A DNA stretch of 64,000 bases, from the NCBI RefSeq assembly GCF_041956535.1, contig NW_027192200.1, positions 267,477-331,476 on the forward strand, read 5' to 3'. Below the pieces are notes generated by a model. The model made no database searches. It was given only the letters and a program-made list of their open reading frames with translations, and was not told where the DNA came from. The translations under genes and the position numbers were made by a program. How positions within the stretch are numbered: position 1 is the first letter of the stretch; every line of letters starts with the position of its first letter. This document shows positions 1 to 13,041 of this stretch, in pieces. The DNA comes from Calcarisporiella thermophila CBS 279.70 (lineage: Eukaryota; Fungi; Calcarisporiellomycota).

Positions 1-383
1 GGTTGCATATTTGCGGAATGATTTCAGGGATGGCAGATGGGTCATATGTTAATCATCTAGATCGTAAGCAAGCGATGGCCTAATATTGATTGATAACTAT
101 TATACCTCCACAATGGGTTGTGAATATTATGGAATTGAAAACTTCCTATCTTGAAAGGATACACAATACCTATGCCCTTGCATCCAGTATTACTAATGTG
201 ATGTTATCACATGTATAAGCTTTCCATACACCAAAAAATACTACCCTTAGGTTTATATTAAACAATACGTCTGCACTTTTATTTTAATGGGAAACGTTTT
301 AAAGAAAAAATAAATTTATTCGGTAAAGAATTGAAAAAGAAGTGTATCTATATACAATTAGGTGAAGAGTAGAATGAACTGTT

Positions 384-923
384 TCATACGCTCAACCAGT
401 ATACGTTTATGATAGCGTATAAACTTTTGTTTTCGTATCGATAGGCCGTCGTACCTATTTATTGCGAAATGTAAAAGAAATGGGTCGATATGAGGATATA
501 AAAATAAAGGGAAGCGGGTATATACCATCGGCACCTGCTTCCCAGTAGCACGAAGTCGCGGAATGAAATCCAGCGTCATTTTTTTGTAATATTATACAAT
601 TGACTATCCACAGAATCTATGAGTATTTGAGAAATAAAATCTATAATTGAGCAGCCATACCAATATATTTGAGTGATTTTTTAATCTGGGTAAGTCGTTG
701 CGTTCCCAGTTCGCATATTTCTGAAGTCCATTGAGCAACTTTATTATGCTGATAAGTCGCGTCTTTTAAAACTTGTTCAGCAATCTAAAAACCAATGTGG
801 ATGTTAATCAACATTTTCGAGATAAAAATCTTCACATAGAAAATTTACTTCTCGCAGAATATTTGTAACTTCATCGGAATTCAATGCTTCTACTTGAGAC
901 TCGGTCGAATTTGATTTCTCCAT
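384..923 (-). CDS. DYNLT1: Dynein light chain Tctex-1 family (4 exons)
   Basis: Not in the ORF track. Manual splicing gives MEKSNSTESQVEALNSDEVTNILRE/IAEQVLKDATYQHNKVAQWTSEICELGTQRLTQIKKSLKYI/VNCIILQKNDAGFHSATSCYWEAGAD/GTTAYRYENKSLYAIINVYWLSV*, matching the Tctex-1 YQHxKV..W, KYIV and EN motifs; all introns GT-AG. Confidence 0.9.
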
Positions 924-1026
924 GATTTTCAATCAATTTTGTGTATTTGCTCTATGCATTATATATTTAAAACCGATTTTATGAAATACTGCGCCATTTT
1001 ACAACTGTAAAATCCATTTTCTAATT

Positions 1027-1798
1027 CTACTGCTTCTTCTCCTCGACTTCCTCGGGCAACAAGAGCCCAGCTTTCTCCAGCATTGTCTCCAGCTCGCCAG
1101 ATTGATGCATGTTAAGCATAATGTCGCAGCCACCAACGAACTCTCCTTTAAGGTATACCTAAACCAATACCAAACAACAGCAAATATCTGATCAATCATT
1201 ATGTTTTTGGCTATGAAAATATATCTACAGAGTATACCTGAGGAATCGTGGGCCAAGAGCTGAAGGTCAAATGATAGGAGAATACATTTGTTATGTTGTA
1301 TCTCAAAAATTCTGAAAGATGGCTATTTTACTTACGAAAATTCTTTTATGCCTTGTCGAAGCTCCTCATCTTCCAACACATTAATAGCGCGTACCTTGTC
1401 AAAATCGACGCCCTGAACTTCCAAAATCTGACACACTGCACGACTAAATCCGCACTAATAACGTAATAAATTGATCAATATTTCTAAACTAGCTCGCAGA
1501 ATGTTATAAATACTAAATCAATTATTTACAAGGGGAGTATCAGGAGTGCCCTTCATAAAAACAACGAGATCATGTTTTTTAACGATATCATCGAGTTGAT
1601 TCCTTAGAGAATCAGAGAGTAACCGAGCAAGGAAGTATGTATGAGGGGTGCGGAGAGAGCCATTAATTGGAAGTGGGCTGCTTGTGAATCGGAGGCGAGA
1701 GAGCTATAAAGGATATAACTGCTTTAGCCTAAGAAATAATAAGACAATTCAGTTAGCATGCATACTTGTCGAAGTGCGGATGCCCTTAGAGCTGTCAT
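1027..1798 (-). CDS. GRX5: Mitochondrial monothiol (CGFS) glutaredoxin
   Basis: Spliced product [17 protein letters not shown]...[23 protein letters not shown]...[29 protein letters not shown]...KKQ*. Contains CGFS, WPTIPQ and GGCD motifs and an Arg-rich presequence. Confidence 0.93.
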
Positions 1799-1878
1799 TG
1801 TTATATTCTCCTATAAATTCAAACTACAGTGTAAAATCAGAACGTGAGTTTGTAGTAAACTTATAGAAAATTTACAAA

Positions 1879-1887
1879 GGCAGTCAC
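1879..1887 (-). promoter_or_regulatory. Homol-D-like box GTGACTGCC upstream of GRX5
   Basis: About 83 bp upstream of the ATG; same core and gene-relative orientation as boxes before ILS1, RPS7, RPL17 and GAL7. Confidence 0.4.
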
Positions 1888-2450
1888 TTAAACTTTACCA
1901 AAATCTCACTAGCTGCCCTACATAAAGAATCCCACAATAAGGATTAGACTATTCAATAGAATGGTGCTCTTTCCATTCGTCTAATGTAAATCTAATAATT
2001 CTCGTAATAAATTGGAGAGATACTTGAAATTTTTTACCATTATTAAAATTTACAAGAACTTTTAGAGATTTCTTTTCGAATTTACTCTTTATATCAATTG
2101 GCAACATCTGGTACACGTTTACGACCGAAAAATGTTTTTAAAGCTAATAAAGACAAATGATGAGGATGTCTTTTTCACTATTTTATTGAGATTTATAATG
2201 AAAAATGAAGTGTTCATCTTTATTTCGAAACGAGAATAGTCCTAACTCGAGTGAAGTTTATATACATTTAAATCCATATCTCACTGAACATTTATGATGT
2301 AAACGGAATAAATCATTGAGTTCTATTGTTTTATTCACCTGAGTCGTTAGGTGTGTGAATTCTTTTGATTAAAATAAATTTCCATATTGTAATTATATGA
2401 ACTATCCACTATTCAATCTAACAAATAAGCCGTGAATTGCTTTGAATCAA

Positions 2451-2460
2451 TGTGACTGCC
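2451..2460 (+). promoter_or_regulatory. Homol-D-like box TGTGACTGCC upstream of ILS1
   Basis: Exact TGTGACTG (reverse complement of CAGTCACA) about 160 bp upstream of the ATG. Confidence 0.45.
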
Positions 2461-2618
2461 AATTATTTTGTTTATACATTTAATTCGATGACGATACATG
2501 ATGAATATTATATGACAAATTTATAGTACAGGATCTTCTCCACTTCATTCATTAGTCAATTAACTGAAAGTATATAAATAATATTCTCTTTTAATATAAA
2601 AACTACAATAGATTAAAG

Positions 2619-5600
2619 ATGTCAGTGGAGGAGGTGCTTTCTGGCCAATTTAACTTTCCTAAAGAAGAGGAGAAGATCCTCGCTTTCTGGCGTGAGATTG
2701 ACGCGTTTAACACATCCGTTAAGTTATCGGAGGGCCGAAAGCCCTATTCATTTTTCGACGGACCTCCCTTTGCTACCGGGCTACCTCATTACGGTCATTT
2801 GCTTGCTGGTTCCATCAAGGTAGCTACATGATATTTACCTTCATTTTTGGAACCCGCTTACTTATATTCCGCAGGATATTGTAACACGCTACGCACATAA
2901 TACTGGCCATTATGTTGAGCGGCGCTTCGGCTGGGATACTCATGGTCTTCCCATTGAATTCGAAATTGATAAGCTGCTCGGTATCAAAACTAGAGATGAT
3001 GTTCTTGCTATGGGTATTGACAAGTACAATGCTGAATGCCGAAAGATCGTCTTAAGATATTCTTCTGAGTGGCGTTCAACGGTGGAGCGTATTGGGAGAT
3101 GGATTGACTTTGACAATGCCTACGTCACAATGAATCTTACGTTCATGGAGTCGGTGTGGTGGGTATTTAAGCAGCTCTATGAGAAAGGACAGGTGTACCG
3201 CGGCTTCCAGGTGATGCCTTTCTCAACGGGATGCCACACGCCATTGTCAAATTTCGAGGCCCAACAGAACTATAAAGAAGTTAATGACCCCTCGAGTAAG
3301 CCTCTCCCTGATTCGCACTATATATGAATTTAGAATTTTAAAAATTTACGTATTCTCCGTGCCTAGTCGTGGTCTCTTTCCCTCTCGTTAGTGATCCCAA
3401 CACACTTCTACTCGCTTGGACAACCACGCCTTGGACTTTACCCAGCAATCTTGCTGTTTGCGTCAACCCTGATTTTGACTACATTAAGATCAAAGACGGG
3501 GCTACCGGTCATATTTACGTCTTGATGGAGAAGCGTCTTGAGCAAATATACAAGGATCCGAAGAAAGCCAAATACGAAGTTCTCGAGAAATTCAAAGGAA
3601 AAGATATGGAGGGTTGGGAATACCAGCCTCTTTTCGATTACTATTACGAACAGGTAACAGAGAATATCTATTTTATATCCCGGAAAACACAATGTATTAA
3701 CCAAGGATGTCAAATTAGTTCAAAGGAAAAGGATTCAAGGTCTTGAATGACGCCTATGTCACTGACGACAGCGGCACTGGAATTGTACACCAGGCTCCAG
3801 CCTTCGGTGAAGACGATTTCCGTGTGTGCTTGAAAAATGGCGTCATAGAAGCTGATGGCTTTATACCATGCCCTGTAAATGAAAGTGGTCTATTCACAGC
3901 AGAAGTGACTGATTTCAAAGGCCAATATGTTAAGGTAAATTACCTTGATCGCTGTGCTTACTTATTCCATGCTAATCAGTATGGCTATTCTGTTGTAGGA
4001 TGCCGATAAAGATATCCAGAAACAATTGAAGCAGAAAGGACGCTTGATCGTACAATCACAATTTTACCACAGCTATCCCTTCTGCTGGAGGTCAACACAC
4101 TCATACTGGTTTTAACCGTGATGATTGTCTGATTTTATTCAATTTCATAAATAGATCGGATACTCCTCTACTGTATAAAGCTGTGCCTTCCTGGTTTGTC
4201 CGTATTAGTACCGTGGTCGAGAAAATGTTAAAGAATAACGCACAGTCACGCTGGGTTCCAGATTTCGTTCAGGAGAAGCGCTTTGCTAACTGGATTGCTG
4301 GTGCTCGCGATTGGAACATCTCTCGCAATAGATATTGGGGCACACCCATCCCTCTCTGGGTTAGCGAAGACTTCGAGGACATTGTCTGTGTGGGCTCGGT
4401 TGCTGAGTTAGAAAAACTCTCCGGAGTGAGCAATATCACCGACCTCCACCGCGACAACATTGACAATATCACGATAACGTTGCCAAATGGAAAAGTACTT
4501 CGCCGAGTAGAAGAGGTCTTTGACTGCTGGTTTGAATCGGGCTCGATGCCTTACGCTCAGCAACACTATCCATTTGAGAATACGGAGAAGTTCCAGAAGA
4601 CGTTCCCTGCCGATTTCATCGCTGAAGGTCTGGACCAGACTCGTGGCTGGTTCTACACACTCTTAGTGCTCTCGACGCATCTATTTGACGCTCCCCCGGC
4701 GAAAAATGTCATCGTTAATGGGCTAGTGCTGGCCTCTGATGGAAAGAAAATGAGCAAGCGCCTCAAGAACTATCCTGATCCAGTTGAAATTCTCAACAAA
4801 TATGGTGCAGACGCCCTTCGACTTTATTTGATCAACTCGCCTGTGGTGCGCGCTGAAACGCTTAAGTTCAAGGAGGAAGGTGTGCGCGACGTGATCTCAC
4901 GTGTCTTCCTTCCGTGGTATAATGCGCACCGTTTCTTCGTTACTCAGACGGTTGTTTTGAAAGACGAGTTCGATATCGACTTCAAATATAATCCAGACCA
5001 GCCTCGCTCCACCAAACTCATGGATCGATGGATCTTAGCCTCGACTCAGAGCTTGATCCAGTTCGTCCGGGAGGAGATGTCGAACTATCGTTTGTACACA
5101 GTCGTGCCACGGTTGCTGCACCTCATTGAAGAATTGACCAACTGGTATGTGCGCTTCAACCGTCGCCGTCTTAAGGGCGAGAACGGTGCAGATGATGCAG
5201 TACATGCCCTTAACACGCTATTTGAGGTCTTGTTCACCCTTTGCCGTGCAATGGTAAGACTCTTAGTCCCTCCACTAACCAGTATGTCCGTAACGCTCAT
5301 GCATGGTAAAAAAATGTAGGCTCCATTCACACCTTTCATCACCGATAATATGTACCAAACCCTTAAACTCTATCTTCCACCTCCCTCTGAAGGCGAGGAT
5401 GTTCGCTCCGTGCACTTCCTCTCCTTCCCAGAGGTACGCACCGAGTACTTTGATGCTGAAATCGAAAGACGTGTTGCCCGCATGCAAACCGTGATCGAGT
5501 TGGGTCGCGGCATCCGTGAGAAATTCAATATCAGCTTAAAGACTCCGCTGCGCGAACTCGTCGTCATTCACCGAGATGCGGAATATAGGGACGATGTCAA

Positions 5601-6293
5601 GTCACTCGAGAAATATGTGAAGGAAGAACTAAACGTCCGCGAAGTTGTTCTCACTGCGGATGAAAATGCCTACGGAATCAAATATAAGGCCGAAGCCGAT
5701 TTTAGAACCCTCGGCCAAAAACTAAAGAAGGATGTGATGCGCGTGAAGAAAGCGCTCCCCTCTGTGCCTTCGGAAGACGTGAAACGCTATCTCGAGACCA
5801 ACGAGATCACCGTCGACGGCATCAAGTTAGGCGAGGGAGATCTCAATGTTATTCGGTACTTTGAGAACTCAGGCGGCCACTACGAATATAACACCGATCG
5901 CGATGTCCTTGTCCTTCTTAACGTTCAACTTGACGAGGAGTTGGAGCGCGAAGGTTTTGCCCGAGAGGTGGTGAATCGTGTACAGAAGCTGCGAAAGAAG
6001 GCCGGTTTGCAGCCCGTGGACAAAGTTTGGATGTATTATGAGGTGAAGGATGAGAAGAACAAGGATATGCTGGTTCGTGTACTCGGAGAGTACGAAGAGA
6101 TGATTATCAGGGCAGTTAAACGGACCCTTCTTCCTTATGCGGAGCGTAAGGACGGGGAGATCATCATTGAAGAAGATCAAGATGTAAGTGTTCATAAATG
6201 CTTAATGGATAGGGCTCTGCTAACTTTTTCTTATCTCTCATTTCTTAGATAAACGGCGTCGGCTTCACTCTTCAATTCGTCAAAGACTTCTAG
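2619..6293 (+). CDS. ILS1: Cytosolic isoleucyl-tRNA synthetase (multi-exon)
   Basis: [14 protein letters not shown] (HIGH motif), [18 protein letters not shown] (CP1 editing domain), DQTRGWF, KMSKR; last exon [14 protein letters not shown] ends at 6293. Confidence 0.97.
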
Positions 6294-6541
6294 AAATGCT
6301 AGTTTATCAAGATTATATTTTTTCCAATATGATGTGTTAAAGCAAGTTTTTATTTTTTATATAAAGAGTATATCAAAATTTTTGTTTATAAAGTTATAAA
6401 GTTGGATATATATATATATTTATAGATATATATTTGGAATCTGATATTAAAACTTTAAATGAATGTGTCGAGATACAAGCAGCAAGTGAGAACAAGGAAT
6501 GAGATGAAGAAGAAAAATAAATGATATATATAAAAAATGCA

Positions 6542-6928
6542 CTATATGTTTTGACACACTTCCTCATCCCTCGACACGAGCCAGAGACCACTACTCACAA
6601 TGAACACTCCGAATACTATGCATGAAAGATATGCGTGCCAAGGGTGTGGGATGTCATTTCCCTGAAACATCACGCGGTGTCCCAGATTAATATCGCGCTT
6701 GATTACTTGGTTTTCCACTAGTGAGAGTTCTCGAGAGTCGGATGGCAGGGGCGCGGATTCCGCAGATAGTGGGGGTAAGATGCGTTCTATGAGCATGGGT
6801 GTATGGAAATGAATGCCAGCCTCTGTCATGCCTTTATCCCCATGCTGTACAAGTGCTATCGAAACGCCCTGAGCGAGGTAGAAGATAGCAAAGGAGATAA
6901 GGAATGGCAAGAGCCGTCTTATGTTCAT
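6542..6928 (-). CDS. Hypothetical 128-aa single-pass membrane protein with signal peptide
   Basis: Intronless ATG-initiated ORF; hydrophobic N-terminus (LLPFLISFAIFYLAQG), internal KR site, C-terminal hydrophobic helix (AYLSCIVFGVFIVSSGLWLV); AT-rich 3' flank. Confidence 0.6.
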   Translation of the reverse strand: MNIRRLLPFLISFAIFYLAQGVSIALVQHGDKGMTEAGIHFHTPMLIERILPPLSAESAPLPSDSRELSLVENQVIKRDINLGHRVMFQGNDIPHPWHAYLSCIVFGVFIVSSGLWLVSRDEEVCQNI

Positions 6929-7209
6929 TGCTTATGAATGGCGATGTGACCCGAAAGAATGTGATGAGAAAGGAATTGGAAAAAAGTGCACGACCATTCG
7001 CTTTTATCACTTCGAGCCGAGGAGCCATTCCTTTTTTAGGCACAAGTGATGGGTGATCCTTTCTTATTCAATATGCCTTCGAGTGCATATTATCTTTTTA
7101 TACAAAAAAGAAAGGAAAAACATGGGGTTGCATATGCATTGCATTAGAAGAGTGTGACTACTGCACAGACAAGGAGTCTGCCAAAATAATATATAGGTTT
7201 GTCAGGGAA

Positions 7210-8604
7210 TTAGTTTCCATTCGGCACATTGTCCGATTTTTCTATCACACCACGTAGCCGTGGGTTCACCTCGATATTGGGAGGCAATTTTGAAATAGCC
7301 ATTTGACGACTGTGTTGAACAAGAAGCGCACTATATAATCGATATAGAGGGGTTAGGAGAGACTTGGCCTCGTTTGTTTTTGGCACGATGCCCCCAACTT
7401 ACTCCATGATCACTAGTGATGCCATTGCCTCAACAATCGGCACTGCACGTGGCAATACACAAGGGTCGTGTCGTCCTCTGGCCGATAATGTTCCAGGAGT
7501 TCCGTCGTACATCGATGTTGCTTGGGGCTGAGAGATTGTGGCAGGTGGTTTGAACGCAACACGGAAATAGATATCTTCGCCGTTCGTGATGCCACCCTGG
7601 ATGCCTCCGGAGTTGTTGGTCGTCGTTCCCAGTGTCCCGTTCTTCGATATCCACGGGTCGTTATGCTTATGCCCGGGGATGGCCGTGCCTGCAAAGCCAC
7701 TGCCTATCTCGAAGCCTTTTGTGGCAGGAATGGAGAGCATTGCATGTGCTAGCTTAGCCTCGAGTTTATCAAAGACTGGCTCGCCAAGTCCAACTGGACA
7801 ATTGCGGATCACACAGGTGATGGTGCCCCCAATAGAGTCTTTAGCTTCGCTTGCAGCCAATATACGCTTGAAAAGAAAATGTCAACCATAAATCCAAATT
7901 ATTACTCAGCTACTCGTTATATGGCAAGGTACCTTTTTCATGCTCTCAGCCGTATCGGCATGAGGGCATCGTACCAAATCCGCATCGACCTGCTCACGCG
8001 TTACATTCTTCAACAGGTCTAACCACTCCTTGCCCTCGCTATCCATCTGAGGCATTTTAACTTCACCAACCGAACTTACAAACGATACCACTTCTATGCC
8101 GTAGGTCATCCGTAGGTATTTTTCTGCTACAGCTCCTGCTGCAACTCGTCCTATAGTCTCGCGGGCAGAAGATCTCCCCCCACCACTGCTGGCCTTAACA
8201 CCATATTTCTGAAGGTATGTCCAGTCCGCATGTCCAGGACGTGGATAGAGATCGGTCTCGGAGTAGTCGTGAGGTCTTTGATCTTCGTTGGGGACGAACA
8301 TTCCAATGGGAGTGCCTAGTGTGACACCGAACTCGGTGCCAGAGTAAATGGTGACGCGATCTTTCTCGTTTCTCTGAAGGGTTAGGTAGATGGGTTATAC
8401 CCAAATAAAAGCCGAGAGGATGCTTTAAAAAATTACCGGTGTGGTCAAGTTGCTCTGTCCAGGCCGCCGACGATTTAGCTGTTGTTGAACTTCATCTTCA
8501 GAAATGGGTAGGCCGGGAGGGCAGCCATCAATAATGCAACCAACTCCTTTGCAGTGTGATTCACCAAAAGTTGTTACACGAAACAAGGTGCCAAAGGTAC
8601 TCAT
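7210..8604 (-). CDS. ARO2: Chorismate synthase (4 exons)
   Basis: [59 protein letters not shown]. Confidence 0.97.
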
Positions 8605-9313
8605 CCTGGGATTTTGAGGAAGTAGAAAAAAGAGGGGGGAAAGCTTTAATTGAAAGACGATTTATATGGGTTTGATTTTATCTCAGCTACCCGAGAATTT
8701 CGATATTTCATGTTGACTCAAGTTAAGTGTGGCTCAATTGATTGCTATTATCTCGAAGATAATAACGGGATAATAAACAATACAGTAGAGAAAAAGCCAC
8801 CCAATAGGGCTAATGAAGCCCAATTTTAAAACAGACGGCGAGAGCAAGCCTATTTTCCTCTAGGCAATAGCATAATATACCGAGATATCCTAGATCAAGT
8901 CTGGTCCATATATTTGTTGGCCATTGCATCATCAATAAAGACCGCTTGTTTAAGCTTTTTACATCACCATTTGAGTGTGATTTGACTAGAAAAGATATGC
9001 ATAAATGGTTGTCGGTGGATTGTTTTCAGGAAATGCATCTCCCTCAACAAAGTCCAGATAAAGAGATCTCATCTTTCATGCTATCTCGCATAGATACATG
9101 ACGCAAGGCTCTCGCACACTGCAGAAACAAAGAAAGATTATTACAACTTAGATGTGTTTTGTTTTTGACTCATGAGTGTGGCTGGCGTATTTTTATGACG
9201 TTCGGACACTCTTCAACGGAATCGCCCAAGCTCCTAGTATTTCAGGCCAAACTCAAAGGCTTCTTCTCCTCCATAACCCTATTTACACTTTCGCCTACTC
9301 ATCAGTGCAGATT

Positions 9314-12300
9314 ATGGCCGAATCGACACAACTCAAATCGCCCTCTCCTACAACAGTACAGGTATCTCGCACAGCCTCGACTGGCAGCGTAAAAGAGGCA
9401 ACAACAAGACAGCGAAGCGGCTCTCTCATCAATAAGTTGGGAAACGCGTCAAAACGAAGCCTAACAGAGGGAGCCGAAGATAACATCACACAATTTTCCC
9501 TCCGATATGAAGATTACGAGATTAAGTCGCCCATTGGTAACTATCGGAAAAATTGTGATGGTGTAGGGGAAATTCGTTGAATAGATGAACTTTCTATGGA
9601 TGCAGGCTATGGATCTTCTGCGGTCGTATATAACGCCATATACAAACCATGGAATAAACGCGTTGCCATCAAAATGATAGACCTGGATATGTTTGAGCGT
9701 AATCAGATCGACGAATTAAGGGTGGGCTAACAATGAACATTTTTTGAAGATGCCCAAATTTTGATGTCTTTTGTTCGATATCCTGTCTTGCATATCACGA
9801 TAGAGGGAGACTCAAGTGATGTCACTATGTAAACATCCAAATGTGCTCAAAGTGTATGGGGCTTTTGTGCATGAGTCTAAACTATACATTGTAACGCCAT
9901 ATCTTTCGGGAGGTGAGCATGCCAGCAATTTGCAATAAGGCTTTAAGAGGTTAATTGCCTGGATTTATCTATTAGGATCCTGTCTGGACATCATGCGAAA
10001 AGCATTCCCAGAAGGATTCGATGAGATAACTATTGCAACTATATTAAAGCAGGCGCTTCTGGGGCTAGAATATCTCCACAAGAATGGTCATATTCACAGG
10101 TACTGACTGATTTTTGAGGAGGTTCGAGCCAGCTTGCTGGATGACTTTTCAATTGATACAGAGATGTCAAGGCTGGAAACCTATTAATGGATGAGGAGGG
10201 CACTGTATTGCTTGGGGACTTTGGCGTAAGCTCCTCTTTGATGGAGAGTGGAGAGCGAAAGGGGCAGCGTAAAACATTTGTCGGTACTCCGTGCTGGATT
10301 GCTCCTGAAGTGGTATGGTGTGATCCTTATTTCACTGATTCGGCATCTGAAATCTAACACTGTTCAAATAGATGGAGCAGAATGGATACGACTACAAGGC
10401 AGATATCTGGTCGTTTGGGATAACGGCCATTGAACTTGCAACAGGGCATGCCCCCTATGCCAAATACCCGCCCATGAAGGTGCCTCTCATTCTCGTAGAA
10501 AACAACTTTATACATCATTAAAACTCTGGCCTTTGTAGGTGATTATGCTGACACTCTCCAACGACCCACCCACCCTAGAGCGGGAATCCACCAAGCATAA
10601 GTTTTCCAAAACATTCAAGGATATGATAGAAACTTGTTTGCAAAAGGACCCCACAAAACGGTTAGTGAGAATATTTAAATCCATCTATCCTCAATGTCAA
10701 AGTCGGCTTATATCTATCTTGACAGACCTTCTGCAGAAAGACTTCTGCAACACCCGTTTTTCAAACAGGCCAAAAAACGAGACTATCTAACAAAAACACT
10801 TTTGCATAATTTACCCCAGCTCGAACTCAAGCAGCATAATAGTGAGATATTAACAGCTTGACGATACCAGATATCGAAGTTTAATCCTTTACTATACACT
10901 TTCCAATTATAGAGGTGCAAGAGAAGCAACCAATATTTCAAAAAGGCGTTTCGTGGGACTTTGGTGGCGAAGATCCGCCCTCCCTAGGCTCCTATGAGCC
11001 TCAGGTAGAACCCACGATCGAGATAGAAAAACCTCACGAGAATCCACTTCCCTCAGCCATCATCAAGGATAAGGATAGGATATCGCCTGGCGAACAGCAG
11101 AAACACATAGCCTTTGTCCCCGGTGATGTTGTCGTCATCAACAAAAATCGCCCTGGTGAAGGTTCTGCTCCAGTGAATTCATCGAATATACCCGCGTCCG
11201 CCCTCCCCCAGATGGTACCTAAAAAGTCGCGATTCGTGATTGAAGATGATGGAAGAGAGAATGCACCGCGGGCTGTGGGCGGAGTGGAGCCCGGGGGGAA
11301 CCATTCAAATCCAGCAGCATCGCAACCGCAACATATTTCCGTTCGTAAGGGGCGTTTTAGCGTGACCGATGGCGACCGGCCGGTGACCCCGCAATCGGAT
11401 GCTGGAGAAGGTATACCAATGCGGCGCAACCCCTCTTCCGAAATCAACAGTGAGCGCCGCACGAGACTGGAACACTATCCACACCCTCAATTGCCGGCTC
11501 CGCTCTCCATCTCTTCCAACTGGGCCAATGCATCGGGCTCGTCGATGCGGGATTTCACTCCAACTTCGTCCCCCTCCTCTGCTTCTCTCTCTAATTACCG
11601 TGACGGCAGTGGTGCGAATTTATCGCGAGAGGGATCTCTGGGACGCATGAGTCGGTTCTCAGTGGAGACCTCTGTGAGCGGGGATGGCAGCAGCGGGACA
11701 AGCCATTTGGGAATCGGCAAAAAGGGGCGGTTTGAAATCTCCAGTGTTGCAGAGAAACGTCATGATCCAGCGTGGGGCTCTATTAACACTACAAGCTCCG
11801 AAGCCGCATCTTCGTCCGAAGGAGGATCCGTTGAGGACTCGCCCTCCGTTTCGCCTCATGGTTCGCTCTCCAGAGGCCAGGCGCTGCGCTTCGACCCTGC
11901 CACGGTCAATGCAATATCCTCTCAACTGGAAATACTGATGAGACAGAACGAGGCTCAGCGACAGGTGCTCACTGAGCTTGTCTCTGGGATCGGACTAAAG
12001 CCAGTCGGGACACCCCATTTTTCTGTAGGAGGTGGACACTCGCCCCCTATACACTCCGCCCATTCTTCAAGCTCCAGGAGTGAACGCGATCGAGACGACC
12101 ACCCGTCCAAGGGCGGAATTGCAATGCAGCGCACCGGGTCGGGGCATCATTCGAACATGATAGAGAACCCATCCCACATAGGACCACTCCAAAAACAAAT
12201 TCGATATTTGGCCTCCGAGAACGAACACCTACGAATTGAGAATGAGCACCTACGCCACGAGCTGGAGCGCTTATACCATTTGGAAGCTGAGCGAGCCAAA

Positions 12301-12387
12301 GCAGCGGCAGCAGCGGGAAGCGCGGAGTCCAACAGTGATGCTCCCGTGGAGATGCATGTGGAAGCAGGCGACGAAAAGGAAAAATGA
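9314..12387 (+). CDS. STE20-family Ser/Thr kinase, OSR1/SPAK/Fray-like (GCK-VI), with long disordered tail and C-terminal coiled coil
   Basis: Spliced [61 protein letters not shown]; 490-aa terminal exon. Confidence 0.9.
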
Positions 12388-12903
12388 AATAGATGTTGAT
12401 TTATTTTGTTATTGTTGTTTATTTCCTTTTTTTATTTCTTTATTTCACTTCATTTATTTCAACCTATTTTATTTTTTATCTCTATTTTAATTCTTTGTAG
12501 ATGTTATTTCCCTACCCCCTCCTATATACATCCATTCCTCTTGCTCTCCTCCGTCCTCTCCCCCTCTTCCTCTTCCTTTATGCTTTCCTATTTGCCTTTA
12601 AATGAATGTTTATCAAACTTGTATTTAAAATAAATCCGATTGACTCTCCCTATTCATAGTTTGGCAAGCAGTTGAAAACATCGGCTGGAAAGCTCCGCGA
12701 TTTTCCATTGAAAATGGTACGCTATCAGTATTTATCTGTGAGAGATATGAGTTTTACCATATGAAAGTACGAGCGAGGTTCGGTGAGCAGCGACTTTCGT
12801 GCAAAAGTCATCTCCACGATTTTGCACATTTGACTGGCACAGTGCTGTTTGAATTGCCCAACCTACACTTCAGTCCTAAAGAAACAATTCGAGGGTGTTT
12901 AGA

Positions 12904-12912
12904 GTGACTGCC
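12904..12912 (+). promoter_or_regulatory. Homol-D-like box GTGACTGCC upstream of RPS7
   Basis: About 70 bp before the pyrimidine tract (ttcctcctcttcc) that precedes the RPS7 leader intron. Confidence 0.55.
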
Positions 12913-13041
12913 AAAATTGGTAGGTTTCATTAGGTTAGAGCTTTGCACAAAATTCCTGGAGACTCTGTCAAGGTGATTGTTCCTCCTCTTCCAGGCCAGG
13001 TTGGATTAGACGATATATCCAAAGGCAGTTTTTAATATAAA

